A stretch of DNA of 64,000 nucleotides from a virus: IMG/VR virus record IMGVR_UViG_3300046817_000369. The stretch is one strand, 5' to 3'. Made by a program: the position numbers and the translations under genes. The notes beneath the pieces were generated by a model, which did not search any database, had not been told where the DNA came from, and saw only the letters and a list, made by a program, of their open reading frames with translations. Positions 63,409 to 64,000 of the stretch are shown in pieces (position 1 is the stretch's first letter; each line of letters begins with the position of its first letter).

Positions 63409-64000
63409 TGGCGGGATGGACGCCCGAACTGGCCGACCGTCACAAGGAAGCCTTCCTGCGGCATCTGGATTATACGTTCTGCAAAAGTAAGGACTACGGC
63501 TACATCAGTCTTGGTAAGAACCTTTTGAACTCTCAGAAGATGGTGATAGATACGGTTTTCACCGGACTTGGCGAGGACAAGCACGATTTCAAGTTCCTGA
63601 AATCACGACAACTTGGTATTTCTACCATAACCCGCGCTATTTCTTTGTATTGGAACGGCATTTTCGAGATGACTTCGGCGTTGCTGTTCGACACGACGCA
63701 GCATCTGGACGAAGCGCGCCTCGAACTGATCGACATGCTGCAAAAGTTTCCGCCCGAATACGAGTTCCCGCGCAAGGTCCGCGACAATCGCTACTCTCTG
63801 ACCCTGGCCGGCGGCTCGCGTATCAACCTGATGTCGGCCGGCGTCGGCAAAACCAAGTCCAGCGGCGGCCTTGGGTCAGGCTCCGGCATCAGCATGGTCC
63901 ACCGGTCGGAACTGTGCGGCTATGGCGATCCCGAGGCGCTGGAAAACTTCCGCCACACGCTCTCGCGGCTCAATCCGAATCGTCTGTTCATCGATGAATC
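63408..64000 (+). CDS. terL: Terminase large subunit, N-terminal ATPase part (3'-truncated)
   Basis: Translated by hand: FLKSRQLGISTITRA (Walker A), VHRSELCGY (Walker B-like), LFIDES. Open to window end; missing from the ORF track. Confidence 0.85.
   Translation, partial: MAGWTPELADRHKEAFLRHLDYTFCKSKDYGYISLGKNLLNSQKMVIDTVFTGLGEDKHDFKFLKSRQLGISTITRAISLYWNGIFEMTSALLFDTTQHLDEARLELIDMLQKFPPEYEFPRKVRDNRYSLTLAGGSRINLMSAGVGKTKSSGGLGSGSGISMVHRSELCGYGDPEALENFRHTLSRLNPNRLFIDE

Overview
The window is almost certainly a near-complete (~65 kb, inferred) genome of a tailed dsDNA phage with P22/podovirus-like architecture. A GcrA homologue points to an alphaproteobacterial host. It opens in what is probably the C-terminus of the terminase large subunit and closes in its N-terminus. 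Layout: 0.2-20.6 kb, head, connector and ejection genes (portal, scaffold, major capsid, two adaptor paralogues, tail hub, GNAT, three internal proteins). 21-30.4 kb, a receptor-binding-like module. 30.5-33.1 kb, membrane genes. 33.1-36.1 kb, leftward HNH-AP2, tRNA-Cys and small genes. 36.2-52.4 kb, rightward regulation, methylation and replication genes (Cro-like, GcrA, three DNA methyltransferases, VRR-NUC, SLOG, primase-helicase). 52.5-59.6 kb, leftward early genes. 60.3-64 kb, TPR-glycosyltransferase, KTSC and terminase. I found no integrase, CI repressor, endolysin, reverse transcriptase or CRISPR array. The most unusual signals are: (1) all seven tailspike/fibre-like genes carry cleavable Sec-type signal peptides, next to a run of single-TM microproteins and with no recognisable endolysin, which suggests an export-dependent maturation, exit or surface-remodelling system; (2) a methyltransferase intein with an HNH endonuclease overprinted in the +1 frame; (3) a small protein joining a Tat-like motif to a copy of the major capsid N-terminal arm; (4) two Arg-rich micropeptides with their own RBS ahead of the head genes; (5) an early gene split by one in-frame amber codon. 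All family assignments come from motif recognition by eye; no database searches were run.
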